From positions 124,001-188,000 of IMG/VR virus record IMGVR_UViG_3300047321_000238: a stretch of 64,000 nt of DNA; one strand, 5' to 3'. The position numbers and the translations under genes are program-made. The notes under the pieces were generated by a model, which was given only the letters and a program-made list of their open reading frames with translations, was not told where the DNA came from and did not search any database. Every line of letters begins with the position of its first letter. Position 1 is the first letter of the stretch. This document shows, piece by piece, positions 47,294 to 57,352 of the stretch.

Positions 47294-47741
47294 AGAAATT
47301 GTAGATAATTGGGGAGACTACTTCCCTGATCTGCAGTTTTGTAAAACAGAATATTCACTTAGAAACTTTAGAGTAGACATGCTAGCGAGCTTCGATGCAA
47401 ATTTAAAAGATTTAGGATTAAGAGATGAAGATTATTTTTGTAAGCCTGCTGTATTCATAGAAGTTAAATACAACTCAAACATGAGGGATTTAATATTTGA
47501 ATTACAGAAGCAAATACAATTCAGAGATTGGTATATAAACACAGCAAAAGCTTTCTGTGTTATATGCGTATTGTCTGATGATTATGATATAGATATGGTT
47601 AAGTTTATGGAAGATAACTCAATAGTAATGTACAAGTACTCAATTGAAGATGACGATATAAGTACGTTATCTATTGAAGAATATAATTCTAAAACATTTG
47701 AATTAGAAGAGATAGGAGATAAATATTATGAAAGCGTATAG
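47259..47741 (+). CDS. PD-(D/E)XK nuclease-like protein
   Basis: FRVDML...FIEVK motif. Confidence 0.55.
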   Translation: MMTTLKEKDIVKEIVDNWGDYFPDLQFCKTEYSLRNFRVDMLASFDANLKDLGLRDEDYFCKPAVFIEVKYNSNMRDLIFELQKQIQFRDWYINTAKAFCVICVLSDDYDIDMVKFMEDNSIVMYKYSIEDDDISTLSIEEYNSKTFELEEIGDKYYESV

Positions 47742-48015
47742 TGCTAAACAAATTAGAAATAAACTAATAATGGTGGACACTTTAAAAAGTAACTTTGAGA
47801 AAGTTGTAAAAAGCACTTATGGTGAAGAAGGAAATGTTGCCATTGTAAGTATGGATAAGACTGAGAATATCGATGGTATTGATTATCTAGTCTTTATTGT
47901 TCTAGATGAAAACGATAGTGAAATAGAAACTGAAAATAAGATATTCAAAATAGCAGTTCAAGAATATAAAAGTGGAACTAACACAATGATGAAGGTCATT
48001 AAAATATTAAACTAG
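47728..48015 (+). CDS. Hypothetical protein
   Basis: SD AGGAG. Confidence 0.65.
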   Translation: MKAYSAKQIRNKLIMVDTLKSNFEKVVKSTYGEEGNVAIVSMDKTENIDGIDYLVFIVLDENDSEIETENKIFKIAVQEYKSGTNTMMKVIKILN

Positions 48016-48018
48016 AAT

Positions 48019-48055
48019 AAAAGAGAAGCAACGGAATGATGATTGCTTCTCTTTT
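48019..48055. terminator. Bidirectional terminator
   Basis: AAAAGAGAAGCAA-11-TTGCTTCTCTTTT. Confidence 0.75.
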
Positions 48056-48175
48056 GTTTTGTTTGCGTACATGCAATTTGAAAATACATAAAAGCAGGTA
48101 TTAATCTACTTTCAATAATAGAGTACCTGTTTTTATATGTTTTTATACATAATACAAACAAAGGAGGGGATCAAA

Positions 48176-51100
48176 ACGGAAAATTATTTATCATTACATT
48201 TACATACTATTAAAAGTATTGGAGATGCCATTTTAAAAATTGATGAGTATATAAAAAAAGCACAAACATATAAGTTAAAAGCTTTAGCTATTACTAATCA
48301 CGGCACAATGTCTGATGTTTTTGATTTCTATAGTAAATGCAAGAAAGCAAACATAAAACCCATAATAGGTTGTGAAGTATATGTTGCAAAAGATAGACTG
48401 CAACAATCTAAGGAGAATATGTATGATTATGACCATTTAGTTTTAATAGCTAAAAATAAGGAAGGTTTTGAAAACCTCCTACAAATTCATAATGATGCCC
48501 AAATAAACGGATTCTATTGTAAGCCTAGAACTGATGCATCGGTTCTACAGCAATACGGTAAAAACATAATTGCATTATCAGCATGTGCAGGAGGATATAT
48601 CCCACAAACAATATTGAAATGCATTAATCATCCAGATCAAGAAGAAGAATTAGTCAAAGAAATCACTGACACTATTTCATTGTATAAAAACATATTCGAT
48701 GATTTCTATTTAGAATTACAACCAGGTGATTTTTCTGATCAAATCATAATTAATTCAGCTTTAGTTGAATTAGCAAAAGAAACTGACACGAAGACAATCA
48801 TAACTAATGATGTTCATTATTTAAATGCAGAGGATTATTTAGCTCATAACATACACGTATGTGCTTCGAGAAAAAAAGAAGCAAGCGAAGATGGAACTAT
48901 CTTATATCCTGATAAGTGCTATTACATGATGAATAACGAAGAATTGATTAACTCACTTAAAGATACAATCTCACTGGATACTATTGAAACATCCGTCAAT
49001 AATATATATAATATAATTGATGTTATAGAAGATTATGATATAGTTCCAGATAAAATATATATGCCTAAATTTGATGTTCCAGTAGGATACACTGAGGATA
49101 GTTGGTTAGAAGATATATGCTTTGAAAAGTTAAATGATATTGCCTATAAATTAGATGACATTACAGAATACACGGAGAGACTCCTGTATGAGTTGGATAC
49201 CATAAAAGAACTAGGATTCAGTGGTTATTTCTTAACTGTAAGAGATTCTATTATGTGGGCAAAGAACAATAAGATTCAAGTTGGACCTGGTAGAGGTTCC
49301 GTATGTGGCAGTTTAGTTGCATACTTAGCAGATATTACTTTAGTAAATCCAATTAAATACGGATTACTTTTTGAAAGATTTATATCTATTTATAGAAAGG
49401 GCTCAGTCCCTGATATAGATACTGATATTCAAGCATCAAGAAGAGATGAAGTATTTAATTATATTTTAACCACACATGGAAAAGATAAATGTTGTTTAGT
49501 TTCAACGTTCTCAGAAAGAAAGGCAAAGGCTGCAATAAAAGATACTGGAAAAGTATATGGAATAGACAAGGAAACTTGCAATTATGTAGCCTCTTTAGTT
49601 CCTACTGTTTATTATACAGACGATGAAGATGGAAACTCAGAAAAGATGACAGACATATCAATAGAAGAAACTATTGAAATTGTTCCAGAGTTTAAAGAAT
49701 ATTACGAAAAATACCCAGACTGGTTGAATTCAGCTATTAAATTAAGTAACATTCCAAAAGCTACTTCTGTTCATGCAGCTGGAACTATTATTTCACCAAT
49801 CCCACTGTATAACAAAATTCCTATGGTAAGAAGTAAAAATGAAGATTTGCTAGCTACTGCTCTTAATTTAAAAGATGCAGAAAACGCTGGCTTTATTAAA
49901 TTTGATTATCTTTCATTATCTACTTTAGGAATCTTTGATAAGATATTAAAACTAATAAAGAAAAATGATTTAAGTTTCATCGATGATGAATATGACGACC
50001 CTGCTGTTTGGGCCATTATAGGTTCTAAATATACTTCAGGATTATTTCAAATTGGTTCAAGTACTTATAAACAAAGAATGCCTAGACTAAAGCCTAAGAC
50101 TATTAAAGAATTAGCAGCTTGTTTAGCATTAGTACGGGGCCCTTGTATCGCGTCTAAGATGGACGAAAAGTATATGCAAATTGTAGAAGGAAAGGCTGAG
50201 ATAGAACTTATCCATCCTATATATGATAATGTATGTAAAGATACTAATGGAGCTTTAATATACCAAGAACAACTGATGAAGATCTGTAATAACATTGGAT
50301 TCTCATTAGAAGAGGGATACAAGATAATGAAGCATGCATCTAAGAAACATTTTGATGAACTAAAAGCTTATGAAGAAGAATTCAAAAAGCTTGCAGATAG
50401 TATCAATATGGACGATGATGTTGCTGATAGAATTTTTAAGATGATAGTAGAATCTGGTTTGTATTCCTTTAATGAATCTCACGCAATAGCTTATGCTATT
50501 TTGACATATATAGGAGCTTATTTAAAACTATATTATCCAAAAGAATTTATGGCAGCTTCTTTAACTAATGCTTATGAAAGAAAAGAAGATGTTGTTGATT
50601 TAATACAAGAGTGTAGACGTCTTGGTATTCAATTCGTAAGTCCTGATATAAATATATCTGATTGGGATTTTGTTCTTGAAGAAGACAATAAGATAAGACT
50701 TGGAATGTGTGCAGTTAAATCATTTGGAGATAAAGCATATCAAGAGATAGTGCTTAAACGGCCATTCAGTTCTATGGAAGACTTCTTAACCAGAATAGTA
50801 AAGAAAGATTGTTCTAAGCGAGCTATTATTCCAGCTATCTTCTCAGGTGCATTTAATGAATTCTATGACACTAGATTAGATGCTTATCTAGATTACTGTA
50901 AAGTAACTGAAACAGAACCGTCTGAAGAATTAACTATTCAAGGCGTAAAAGAAAAGATAAGTGTTAACTCAAGTGATTTTGAATTCGAAGAAGTATTCTT
51001 ACAAACTTGTATAATATCTAATCCAATTAATAATTTTAAACCAATAGGCGTTGAACAAATGTCACCTAGTTCCTCTTTTGGAATACTAGGTTTAATGGAT

Positions 51101-51307
51101 AGAGTAAAGAAGTTTAAAGATAGAAATGGTAATCAAATGGCCTTCTTAAGTATTAGTACTGGAGATGGAGTTTTAGAAGCAGTAATATTTGCAAAACAAT
51201 ATTCTGAATTTAAAAGTTATCTAAAGAAGAATTTAATTTGTAGATATACTCTTAAGAAAAATAAAGAAGATTATATAGTAAATGCAATAGAGCTTTCTGC
51301 AGCATAG
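48176..51307 (+). CDS. dnaE: DNA polymerase III alpha subunit (DnaE) copy 1; start uncertain (ACG 48176 or ATG 48137)
   Basis: PHP HLH...AITNHG, GPGRGS, PDIDTD, KFDYLSL, YQEQLM, FNESHA, C-terminal OB fold. Confidence 0.93.
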   Translation, partial: TENYLSLHLHTIKSIGDAILKIDEYIKKAQTYKLKALAITNHGTMSDVFDFYSKCKKANIKPIIGCEVYVAKDRLQQSKENMYDYDHLVLIAKNKEGFENLLQIHNDAQINGFYCKPRTDASVLQQYGKNIIALSACAGGYIPQTILKCINHPDQEEELVKEITDTISLYKNIFDDFYLELQPGDFSDQIIINSALVELAKETDTKTIITNDVHYLNAEDYLAHNIHVCASRKKEASEDGTILYPDKCYYMMNNEELINSLKDTISLDTIETSVNNIYNIIDVIEDYDIVPDKIYMPKFDVPVGYTEDSWLEDICFEKLNDIAYKLDDITEYTERLLYELDTIKELGFSGYFLTVRDSIMWAKNNKIQVGPGRGSVCGSLVAYLADITLVNPIKYGLLFERFISIYRKGSVPDIDTDIQASRRDEVFNYILTTHGKDKCCLVSTFSERKAKAAIKDTGKVYGIDKETCNYVASLVPTVYYTDDEDGNSEKMTDISIEETIEIVPEFKEYYEKYPDWLNSAIKLSNIPKATSVHAAGTIISPIPLYNKIPMVRSKNEDLLATALNLKDAENAGFIKFDYLSLSTLGIFDKILKLIKKNDLSFIDDEYDDPAVWAIIGSKYTSGLFQIGSSTYKQRMPRLKPKTIKELAACLALVRGPCIASKMDEKYMQIVEGKAEIELIHPIYDNVCKDTNGALIYQEQLMKICNNIGFSLEEGYKIMKHASKKHFDELKAYEEEFKKLADSINMDDDVADRIFKMIVESGLYSFNESHAIAYAILTYIGAYLKLYYPKEFMAASLTNAYERKEDVVDLIQECRRLGIQFVSPDINISDWDFVLEEDNKIRLGMCAVKSFGDKAYQEIVLKRPFSSMEDFLTRIVKKDCSKRAIIPAIFSGAFNEFYDTRLDAYLDYCKVTETEPSEELTIQGVKEKISVNSSDFEFEEVFLQTCIISNPINNFKPIGVEQMSPSSSFGILGLMDRVKKFKDRNGNQMAFLSISTGDGVLEAVIFAKQYSEFKSYLKKNLICRYTLKKNKEDYIVNAIELSAA

Positions 51308-51338
51308 TAGGAGCTCTTCCTTTAAAGGAGATAAACAT

Positions 51339-51506
51339 ATGGAAATATTAAAACACTTACAAGACGTAGAAAAGGAAATTGAAAAAGAATGGACTGAGAT
51401 ATTATTTTACCGTGTGTGGAGAAGATATGGATACACTACTGGAACTGAAGTTGTAATAGGTAGAAATGGAACTAAATACACAGCAATATCAAGAGATAAA
51501 GAATAG
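51339..51506 (+). CDS. ME[LI]L-tag protein (MEILKHL; 55 aa, below track cut-off)
   Basis: SD AAGGAG; open frame to TAG 51504-51506. Confidence 0.7.
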   Translation: MEILKHLQDVEKEIEKEWTEILFYRVWRRYGYTTGTEVVIGRNGTKYTAISRDKE

Positions 51507-51701
51507 ATGGAAATATTAAAATACTTACAAGATTTAAAAGAAGAAGAGATGACACTTCCATATATAAAATATGAAGGTGATACTTTAACAAAAGAAATAT
51601 TTGATAAGATGATAAGCTCTTTAGGAATTCCTAGTCATCTGCTTAATATTGAGCCAGCAATACCAAGAAGTTACAGTAGAGGAAGAAGAGGAGGTCAATA
51701 A
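51507..51701 (+). CDS. ME[LI]L-tag protein (MEILKYL)
   Basis: ATG directly after TAG. Confidence 0.7.
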   Translation: MEILKYLQDLKEEEMTLPYIKYEGDTLTKEIFDKMISSLGIPSHLLNIEPAIPRSYSRGRRGGQ

Positions 51702-52175
51702 GTGGAATTACTTAATTATGTAAATAACATGTATGAGTTTATGGCATTAGGATCCATGGAGAACAAAACAGAAGCTAATATTAAAGAACATATCATATGC
51801 TTCTTTAGTAATGACTATGACAAGTCATGGTGTTCTAACATAAATACAAACATGCCATGCATAACAGAAGCAGAAATAGAAGATGAGTTGTATAACTTAA
51901 ACATATTAATAGCTTATGAGACTTATATAGTAAATAATGGCGGACGTAATTGTGCCTTTTGTTTATTCAGACATAAAGTAACTAGAGAATACTATTATCT
52001 TAAATGCGATATAGATTCAGCTCATGGATTTGAAGGTTATTTTATATTAAACAAATTAGAGAAACTATCTGAGATGTTACCTATAGATGTAAGTGAATCA
52101 TCACAAGCTAAAGCAACTGAAGTAAAAGAAAAGATAAGAGATTATATAAGAGAATATGTTCCTATGCGTGATTAG
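51702..52175 (+). CDS. ME[LI]L-tag protein (GTG start, MELLNYV)
   Basis: SD GGAGG; GTG directly after TAA. Confidence 0.75.
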   Translation: MELLNYVNNMYEFMALGSMENKTEANIKEHIICFFSNDYDKSWCSNINTNMPCITEAEIEDELYNLNILIAYETYIVNNGGRNCAFCLFRHKVTREYYYLKCDIDSAHGFEGYFILNKLEKLSEMLPIDVSESSQAKATEVKEKIRDYIREYVPMRD

Positions 52176-52210
52176 GAACTTTCTCTTAATCATGAAAGGA
52201 ATGAGGAAAC

Positions 52211-53533
52211 ATGTTATTTTCAATGTATATAATAAAAGACAGAAGAATTAAAATAGCAGGATTAATAAAGAACATAAAGGACGAACAAGAAGACTTAGCT
52301 ACAGAAAAAGGCCGAGTAAATGGTTTTGTATATGACATAAAGTTAGCACTTAAAGAATTTAAATATACAGCTGATTCAAATCTATTAGAACATTATGATA
52401 ATATATTAAATTCATCTTTAAGAAATATCGCAAGTTCAACTACAGGTGAATTAATGAAACAACACTTAGATGTATTATCTAATACTTTAGACAGTATCGA
52501 AACAGATAAATATAATAATGCAAACAGTGGAAGTTATAGAGTTATAAGCCCAAGAATAATTTCATCTATAATGCCACACATAAATAATGGAAGTAGACCT
52601 TTTACAATATTTGATCCAGAATGTAAAGATGGAATATTATTAAAAGAAGCAAAAAACATAAATACAAATGCAGTCCTCTACGGACTAGAAGAAGGAAACA
52701 ACTTAGCTGAAAAAGCTAAAGAATCTGTTGATAAAGTCATAAAAGGAAAGCTAAAAGGAACTAGAATTTCTAATGACGCTTTTGATATGGTTTATTGTGT
52801 TACACATATAACTACAGAACTACAAGACAATATGAGTTGTGGTGCTATTTCTAAAGTAGAAAAAATGCACATAATGAATATGATGAAATATTTAAGATCC
52901 AATGGAGTAATCATGATTGCTATTCCTTATTATAGAATGCATAAAGACATATGCACTATGTTATCGAGGCAACTAATAAACGTATCTGTTATTAAAGGTA
53001 TGGGAGATGATGAAGAAAAAGGAATTATATATATAGTCGGTCAAAAATGTAAATCTAAAGAGTTAGATGAAGAAATATACGAATCACTCAGAAAGTGTTA
53101 TAATTATGATAATGTAAAATATATTCACGAAGCAGAAATATCAACTTTTACTTTACCTAATATTGCTATAGATATAGATATCTTTAAAGGTTCTGTTCTA
53201 GATACAAATGAACTATTAAATATAGTACAAACTTCTGGATGTGTAGATGCATTCTTCGAAAGACAAAAAGTCAAGAAGATACATGAAAACACAATCAGAC
53301 CATTACTTCCTTTTAATGTTGGACAAATTGGCTTAGTACTTACATCTGGATGCCTTGATGGTATTATCGATGAAGGGGACAACCATTTCCATTTAGTAAA
53401 AGGTAGAGTATCAAAGAAGACAGAGACTGAAAGAACTACAAATAATGGAGTAGTAGAAGAAACAGAAGTTATATCAAACAGAGTAGAAATAAATGTTATA
53501 TTACCAAACGGAGATTTTAAAACTTTAGCATAG
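52211..53533 (+). CDS. Degenerate class I SAM methyltransferase-fold protein (DUF6094-like)
   Basis: IFDPECKDG (motif I-like), YGLE, FDMVY; NPPY motif absent; RPLLP...GLVLTSGCLDG...HLVKG tail. Confidence 0.6.
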   Translation: MLFSMYIIKDRRIKIAGLIKNIKDEQEDLATEKGRVNGFVYDIKLALKEFKYTADSNLLEHYDNILNSSLRNIASSTTGELMKQHLDVLSNTLDSIETDKYNNANSGSYRVISPRIISSIMPHINNGSRPFTIFDPECKDGILLKEAKNINTNAVLYGLEEGNNLAEKAKESVDKVIKGKLKGTRISNDAFDMVYCVTHITTELQDNMSCGAISKVEKMHIMNMMKYLRSNGVIMIAIPYYRMHKDICTMLSRQLINVSVIKGMGDDEEKGIIYIVGQKCKSKELDEEIYESLRKCYNYDNVKYIHEAEISTFTLPNIAIDIDIFKGSVLDTNELLNIVQTSGCVDAFFERQKVKKIHENTIRPLLPFNVGQIGLVLTSGCLDGIIDEGDNHFHLVKGRVSKKTETERTTNNGVVEETEVISNRVEINVILPNGDFKTLA

Positions 53534-53544
53534 GAGATAAAACA

Positions 53545-53604
53545 ATGATAATAGCGATGATTGTATCAATAGTATTATCAATTATAATTATATGGAAACT
53601 CTAA
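53545..53604 (+). CDS. Possible 19-aa single-TM peptide
   Basis: SD AGGAG; MIIAMIVSIVLSIIIIWKL. Confidence 0.4.
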   Translation: MIIAMIVSIVLSIIIIWKL

Positions 53605-53628
53605 AACAGGAGAGATAGAGGAGATAAT

Positions 53629-53913
53629 ATGAGTGAATTATTAAAACAAGTAAATAAACTATTCCCAAAAGCCAATTTCAAGAATGGAATGGTTGTGGAA
53701 TTAGATACACGAAAAAGAAGATTGTTTTGGGAAGGTCGATTTATTGATGGGACAGGTTATATTCCATTAGGTTATTATGATAACGAATTAAACAATATGG
53801 ATACTATAAATCATACTGACAATATAAATAAAATATATCTATCTCATGATGTTGGATATTTTGAAGACTTTTTTAGAGACGCTAGTTTGACTGAAATTTG
53901 GAGAAGAGAATAA
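53629..53913 (+). CDS. Hypothetical protein (MSELLK start)
   Basis: SD GAGGAG. Confidence 0.7.
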   Translation: MSELLKQVNKLFPKANFKNGMVVELDTRKRRLFWEGRFIDGTGYIPLGYYDNELNNMDTINHTDNINKIYLSHDVGYFEDFFRDASLTEIWRRE

Positions 53914-53930
53914 TAGGAAAGGAGAATATC

Positions 53931-56900
53931 ATGGCTGATATAAAATTAAAAAGATTAACAATAGGAAAGAATAGCTATGTTCATTTTGATACAATAGTAA
54001 CAGATGAATTCAGTGGCCAATTAGTTTTTGCATCATTAGTGGATAATGATAAAGACTTAAAAGTAAATCAATATGAAGTAAATAAAAAGAATTCTGTTTA
54101 CATTGAATCTACTAAAAGATATGTATCTACAGATGGAAACAAATATGACATAGATAAAAGAAAATCATCAGGATCTGATTTTGGACATTTAGTTCTAAAC
54201 AAGAAAGATTCTGTAGAAACATTGCAAGAAGATAATGAATTGCTAACAGCTTATGTATATGCAAAAGAAACAGATAGTTTAGATGCTAAACTTTATGACA
54301 AGCTATATGCCAATACATCTATTCCAATGTTGGAGGCATGGATGCCATATTTAAAAGATGAAATGTTTAAGCATCAATACTTAAGACAACTTAATATTAT
54401 AACAATCTATGACACTAATCCTTTTGAATCATATAGATTAAGAGTATCTAAAGTTCAACTATTAGAACTTATTCAAAGAGGAATTCAAAATAAACATATA
54501 AACATTAATAATTCTTATGAAAATTCTGAACTAATGGAGTTCACAAATGGACTTGATAGTTACTTAAATGTATTTGGAGACACATTAGCTCAAAGAATAC
54601 AAGAATCCTTCTCACCAAAATTCAATCCTAATACAGATGAATATTCAGAATATGTTAATAACTACGATGATAGTTGTTTTCATAACGGAATAGAATTGTA
54701 TAATGCTCAAAAGGCTACAATACAAGCAGCTGTAAATAACTTAAACGTTAACAATGTTACATTAGTTATAGGAGAAATGGGATGCGGTAAAACCGCTGTA
54801 GGCTCAGGAATTGCATATGCTCATTATGGTAAAAAATCAGGAATGACAAATGTTGTGATGTGCCCTTCACATTTAGTTGAAAAATGGAAGAGAGAAGTAG
54901 AGAGATTAGTACCTAACGGTAAAGGATATATAATAAGAGATATCGGAGACTTAATAAACATAGAGAGAAAAATTAAGAATAAGAATAAACCAGAAAATAC
55001 ATTCTTAATATTATCAAAGGAAACTGCAAAGTTTTCTTATGAAACAAGACCTGCTGGTGTTTGGTCAAGAACCAAAGACACATTCTTATGTCCATGTTGT
55101 GGACAACCTTTATATAAGAAAGAAAGAATAGGATCAGGTAGAAGTGCAACAACAATTATAAAAGACTTTGATAAATTAGATTTTCAAACTCAATTAGTAT
55201 ATAACAGCAGATGTCAAAACAAAGTAAGAGTATATAACACTAAGACTTCCAAATTTGAAGAGAAGCTTTGTGATACCGACTTGTGGGTGCCACTAAATAA
55301 AGAAGACCGAAACACTGGCTGGATAAAGCTAGGTAAGGAAGGTTGGGTTCAAAAGAAACACGTTAATGATGTGTTCAACGAATTAACAGCTAAGGCAACC
55401 GTAACTAAAAAAGAAGCTGCATTATATACAAAGATAATAGAAGCTAAGAATGCTATAGAAGATGGAGAAGAAATGAAAGGCTTAAAGGCCCCAAGAAAAT
55501 ATAGCATTGCAAAATATATAAGAGAAAGATTTAATGGAAACATAGATTATTTCTTAGCAGACGAATTACACTTGTACAAAGGTGATTCTAAGCAAGGTCA
55601 AGCAATGGCAGATATAGCAAGTGCATCTAATCATTTTATCGGATTAACAGGAACACTGTTAAATGGATATGCAGATGGACTATTTTATATCCTTTATAGA
55701 ACATTACCAAAACTTATGAAGAGTGAGGGATTTGAATATAAAGATGAAGCCGTATTCATGAGAACATATGGAGTTGTTAAAAAGAAAAGTTCATATTCAT
55801 TTACTAACGGAGTAATTGGAGAAAGAGTTGGAATGAGTAACGAGAAAAAGTTACCAGGAGTCTCACCAATAGTATTTACAAAATTCTTACTTGAAAATTC
55901 AGTATTCTTATCATTAAGTGATATGGACGGAGGATTACCAAGTTATGAAGAGATACCTCTAGTTGTAGAAATGGATAGAGAATTAAAAGATGCTTACTCA
56001 AGACTTGAAAGAGAACTAAGAGAAGCATGTAGTTTTAACAGTGGTAGACGATCTGGTGCTGGTGGAGGAATGAAGATAATGGGTTCTTTATTGCAAACAT
56101 TATCAGTATATCCTGATATGCCATATAACCAACCAGCAGTGTTACATCCAGATACCAATGAAGTTATTGTAGTTCCTCCAGTATTACCTGAAGGATTAAG
56201 AAATAAAGAGAGAGCGTTATTGGCTTTAGTTCAAGAGAAGATTGAACGAGGCGAGAAAGTATTAATCTATTATGAATGGACTAATAGAACTGACGTAGCT
56301 CAAAAGTTAAGTACGATGCTTACAGATAATAATATAAATGCTGTTGTCATGACTTCCACTACTGCTGCGGCGGAAAGAGAAGAATGGATAGATAAGCAAC
56401 TTGAAAAAGGTATTGATGTATTAATCTGTAATCCAAAGCTAGTTGAAACTGGATTGGATCTTTTAGCATTTACTTCTATTGTATTCTATCAAGTAGGATA
56501 TAATATATTTACAATGAGACAAGCTTCAAGAAGAAGCTGGAGATTATCTCAAACTGAAGACATTAAGGTTTACTTCTTATATTATGAAGGAACCATTCAA
56601 GCCCAAGCACTTAGTCTAATGGCAACTAAACTTCAAGCATCTATGGCAATAGAAGGTAAGTTCTCAGAAGAAGGTTTACGAGCTATGAGTAATAACGAAG
56701 ATTTATTAACTCAAATAGCGAACTCTGTAGTAGAAGGTATCAAAGATACTGTACAAGTTCAAGGCTTTGCTTCTGTAGAATCAAAGGATAGGGAACATAA
56801 TGAGAGTAGAACAAGACTTCCACTCAAGTATTTATTAGTTGTTAAACCTATTACTTATTCTCTACCATATCTTAACCGACCATTAGCTATTAATAATAAA

Positions 56901-56978
56901 ACTCTTAAATCAAACAAAACATCATTAGCTGACTTATTAAACTCTAAAACTTCACTTTCTTCTCTCCTTTACTTATGA
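53931..56978 (+). CDS. Large SF2/SNF2-like helicase of the methyltransferase-helicase pair type
   Basis: GEMGCGKT, CPSHLVEKW, ADELH, LTGTLLNG, NP.LVETGLDL, QASRRSWR; SD AAGGAG favours ATG 53931. Confidence 0.85.
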   Translation: MADIKLKRLTIGKNSYVHFDTIVTDEFSGQLVFASLVDNDKDLKVNQYEVNKKNSVYIESTKRYVSTDGNKYDIDKRKSSGSDFGHLVLNKKDSVETLQEDNELLTAYVYAKETDSLDAKLYDKLYANTSIPMLEAWMPYLKDEMFKHQYLRQLNIITIYDTNPFESYRLRVSKVQLLELIQRGIQNKHININNSYENSELMEFTNGLDSYLNVFGDTLAQRIQESFSPKFNPNTDEYSEYVNNYDDSCFHNGIELYNAQKATIQAAVNNLNVNNVTLVIGEMGCGKTAVGSGIAYAHYGKKSGMTNVVMCPSHLVEKWKREVERLVPNGKGYIIRDIGDLINIERKIKNKNKPENTFLILSKETAKFSYETRPAGVWSRTKDTFLCPCCGQPLYKKERIGSGRSATTIIKDFDKLDFQTQLVYNSRCQNKVRVYNTKTSKFEEKLCDTDLWVPLNKEDRNTGWIKLGKEGWVQKKHVNDVFNELTAKATVTKKEAALYTKIIEAKNAIEDGEEMKGLKAPRKYSIAKYIRERFNGNIDYFLADELHLYKGDSKQGQAMADIASASNHFIGLTGTLLNGYADGLFYILYRTLPKLMKSEGFEYKDEAVFMRTYGVVKKKSSYSFTNGVIGERVGMSNEKKLPGVSPIVFTKFLLENSVFLSLSDMDGGLPSYEEIPLVVEMDRELKDAYSRLERELREACSFNSGRRSGAGGGMKIMGSLLQTLSVYPDMPYNQPAVLHPDTNEVIVVPPVLPEGLRNKERALLALVQEKIERGEKVLIYYEWTNRTDVAQKLSTMLTDNNINAVVMTSTTAAAEREEWIDKQLEKGIDVLICNPKLVETGLDLLAFTSIVFYQVGYNIFTMRQASRRSWRLSQTEDIKVYFLYYEGTIQAQALSLMATKLQASMAIEGKFSEEGLRAMSNNEDLLTQIANSVVEGIKDTVQVQGFASVESKDREHNESRTRLPLKYLLVVKPITYSLPYLNRPLAINNKTLKSNKTSLADLLNSKTSLSSLLYL

Positions 56979-56979
56979 T

Positions 56980-57010
56980 AAGATACGTCTAGTATCTTCT
57001 CTTTTTCTTT
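56980..57010 (+). terminator. Rho-independent terminator
   Basis: AAGATAC-5-GTATCTT then a pyrimidine/T tract. Confidence 0.55.
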
Positions 57011-57021
57011 TTATTCTCTAT

Positions 57022-57048
57022 TTAATTTTATAACTATGAATGGTAATA
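57022..57048 (+). promoter_or_regulatory. Candidate phage-sigma (late) promoter
   Basis: TTAAT-15 bp-GGTAATA. Confidence 0.45.
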
Positions 57049-57070
57049 TTAAATAAAGGAGGTGCAATTT

Positions 57071-57352
57071 ATGGAAATATTAAAAAGTATCGAAGAAATA
57101 CGAATAGCTAACTGTATAAAGCAAGCTATTGAAGATGGAAAACTTGTTCCTAATGGTAAAAACTTAAGTCGAATTAAGAAACAACTAAGAGAAGAACATG
57201 GACTAATCTTTTTAAATATCATAAGTTCATCAAGGAATGGCCTGCAAGTAATGGCTAAGACAAAAAGTTATAGTTATACATATAATTATAATGGAGATGT
57301 GAAAGAAATAAGTTTAATAGGAGGAATAAGAAAGAATGTTAGTACTAACTAG
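57071..57352 (+). CDS. ME[LI]L-tag protein (MEILKSI)
   Basis: SD AAGGAGG favours ATG 57071. Confidence 0.7.
   Translation: MEILKSIEEIRIANCIKQAIEDGKLVPNGKNLSRIKKQLREEHGLIFLNIISSSRNGLQVMAKTKSYSYTYNYNGDVKEISLIGGIRKNVSTN

Noticed and set aside
51339-52175. Stop-codon reassignment (TAG or TGA recoding) suggested by in-frame stacked ORFs
   Set aside because: Coding density is already high under the standard code, conserved genes such as recA and dnaE end cleanly at TAG, and one junction uses TAA.
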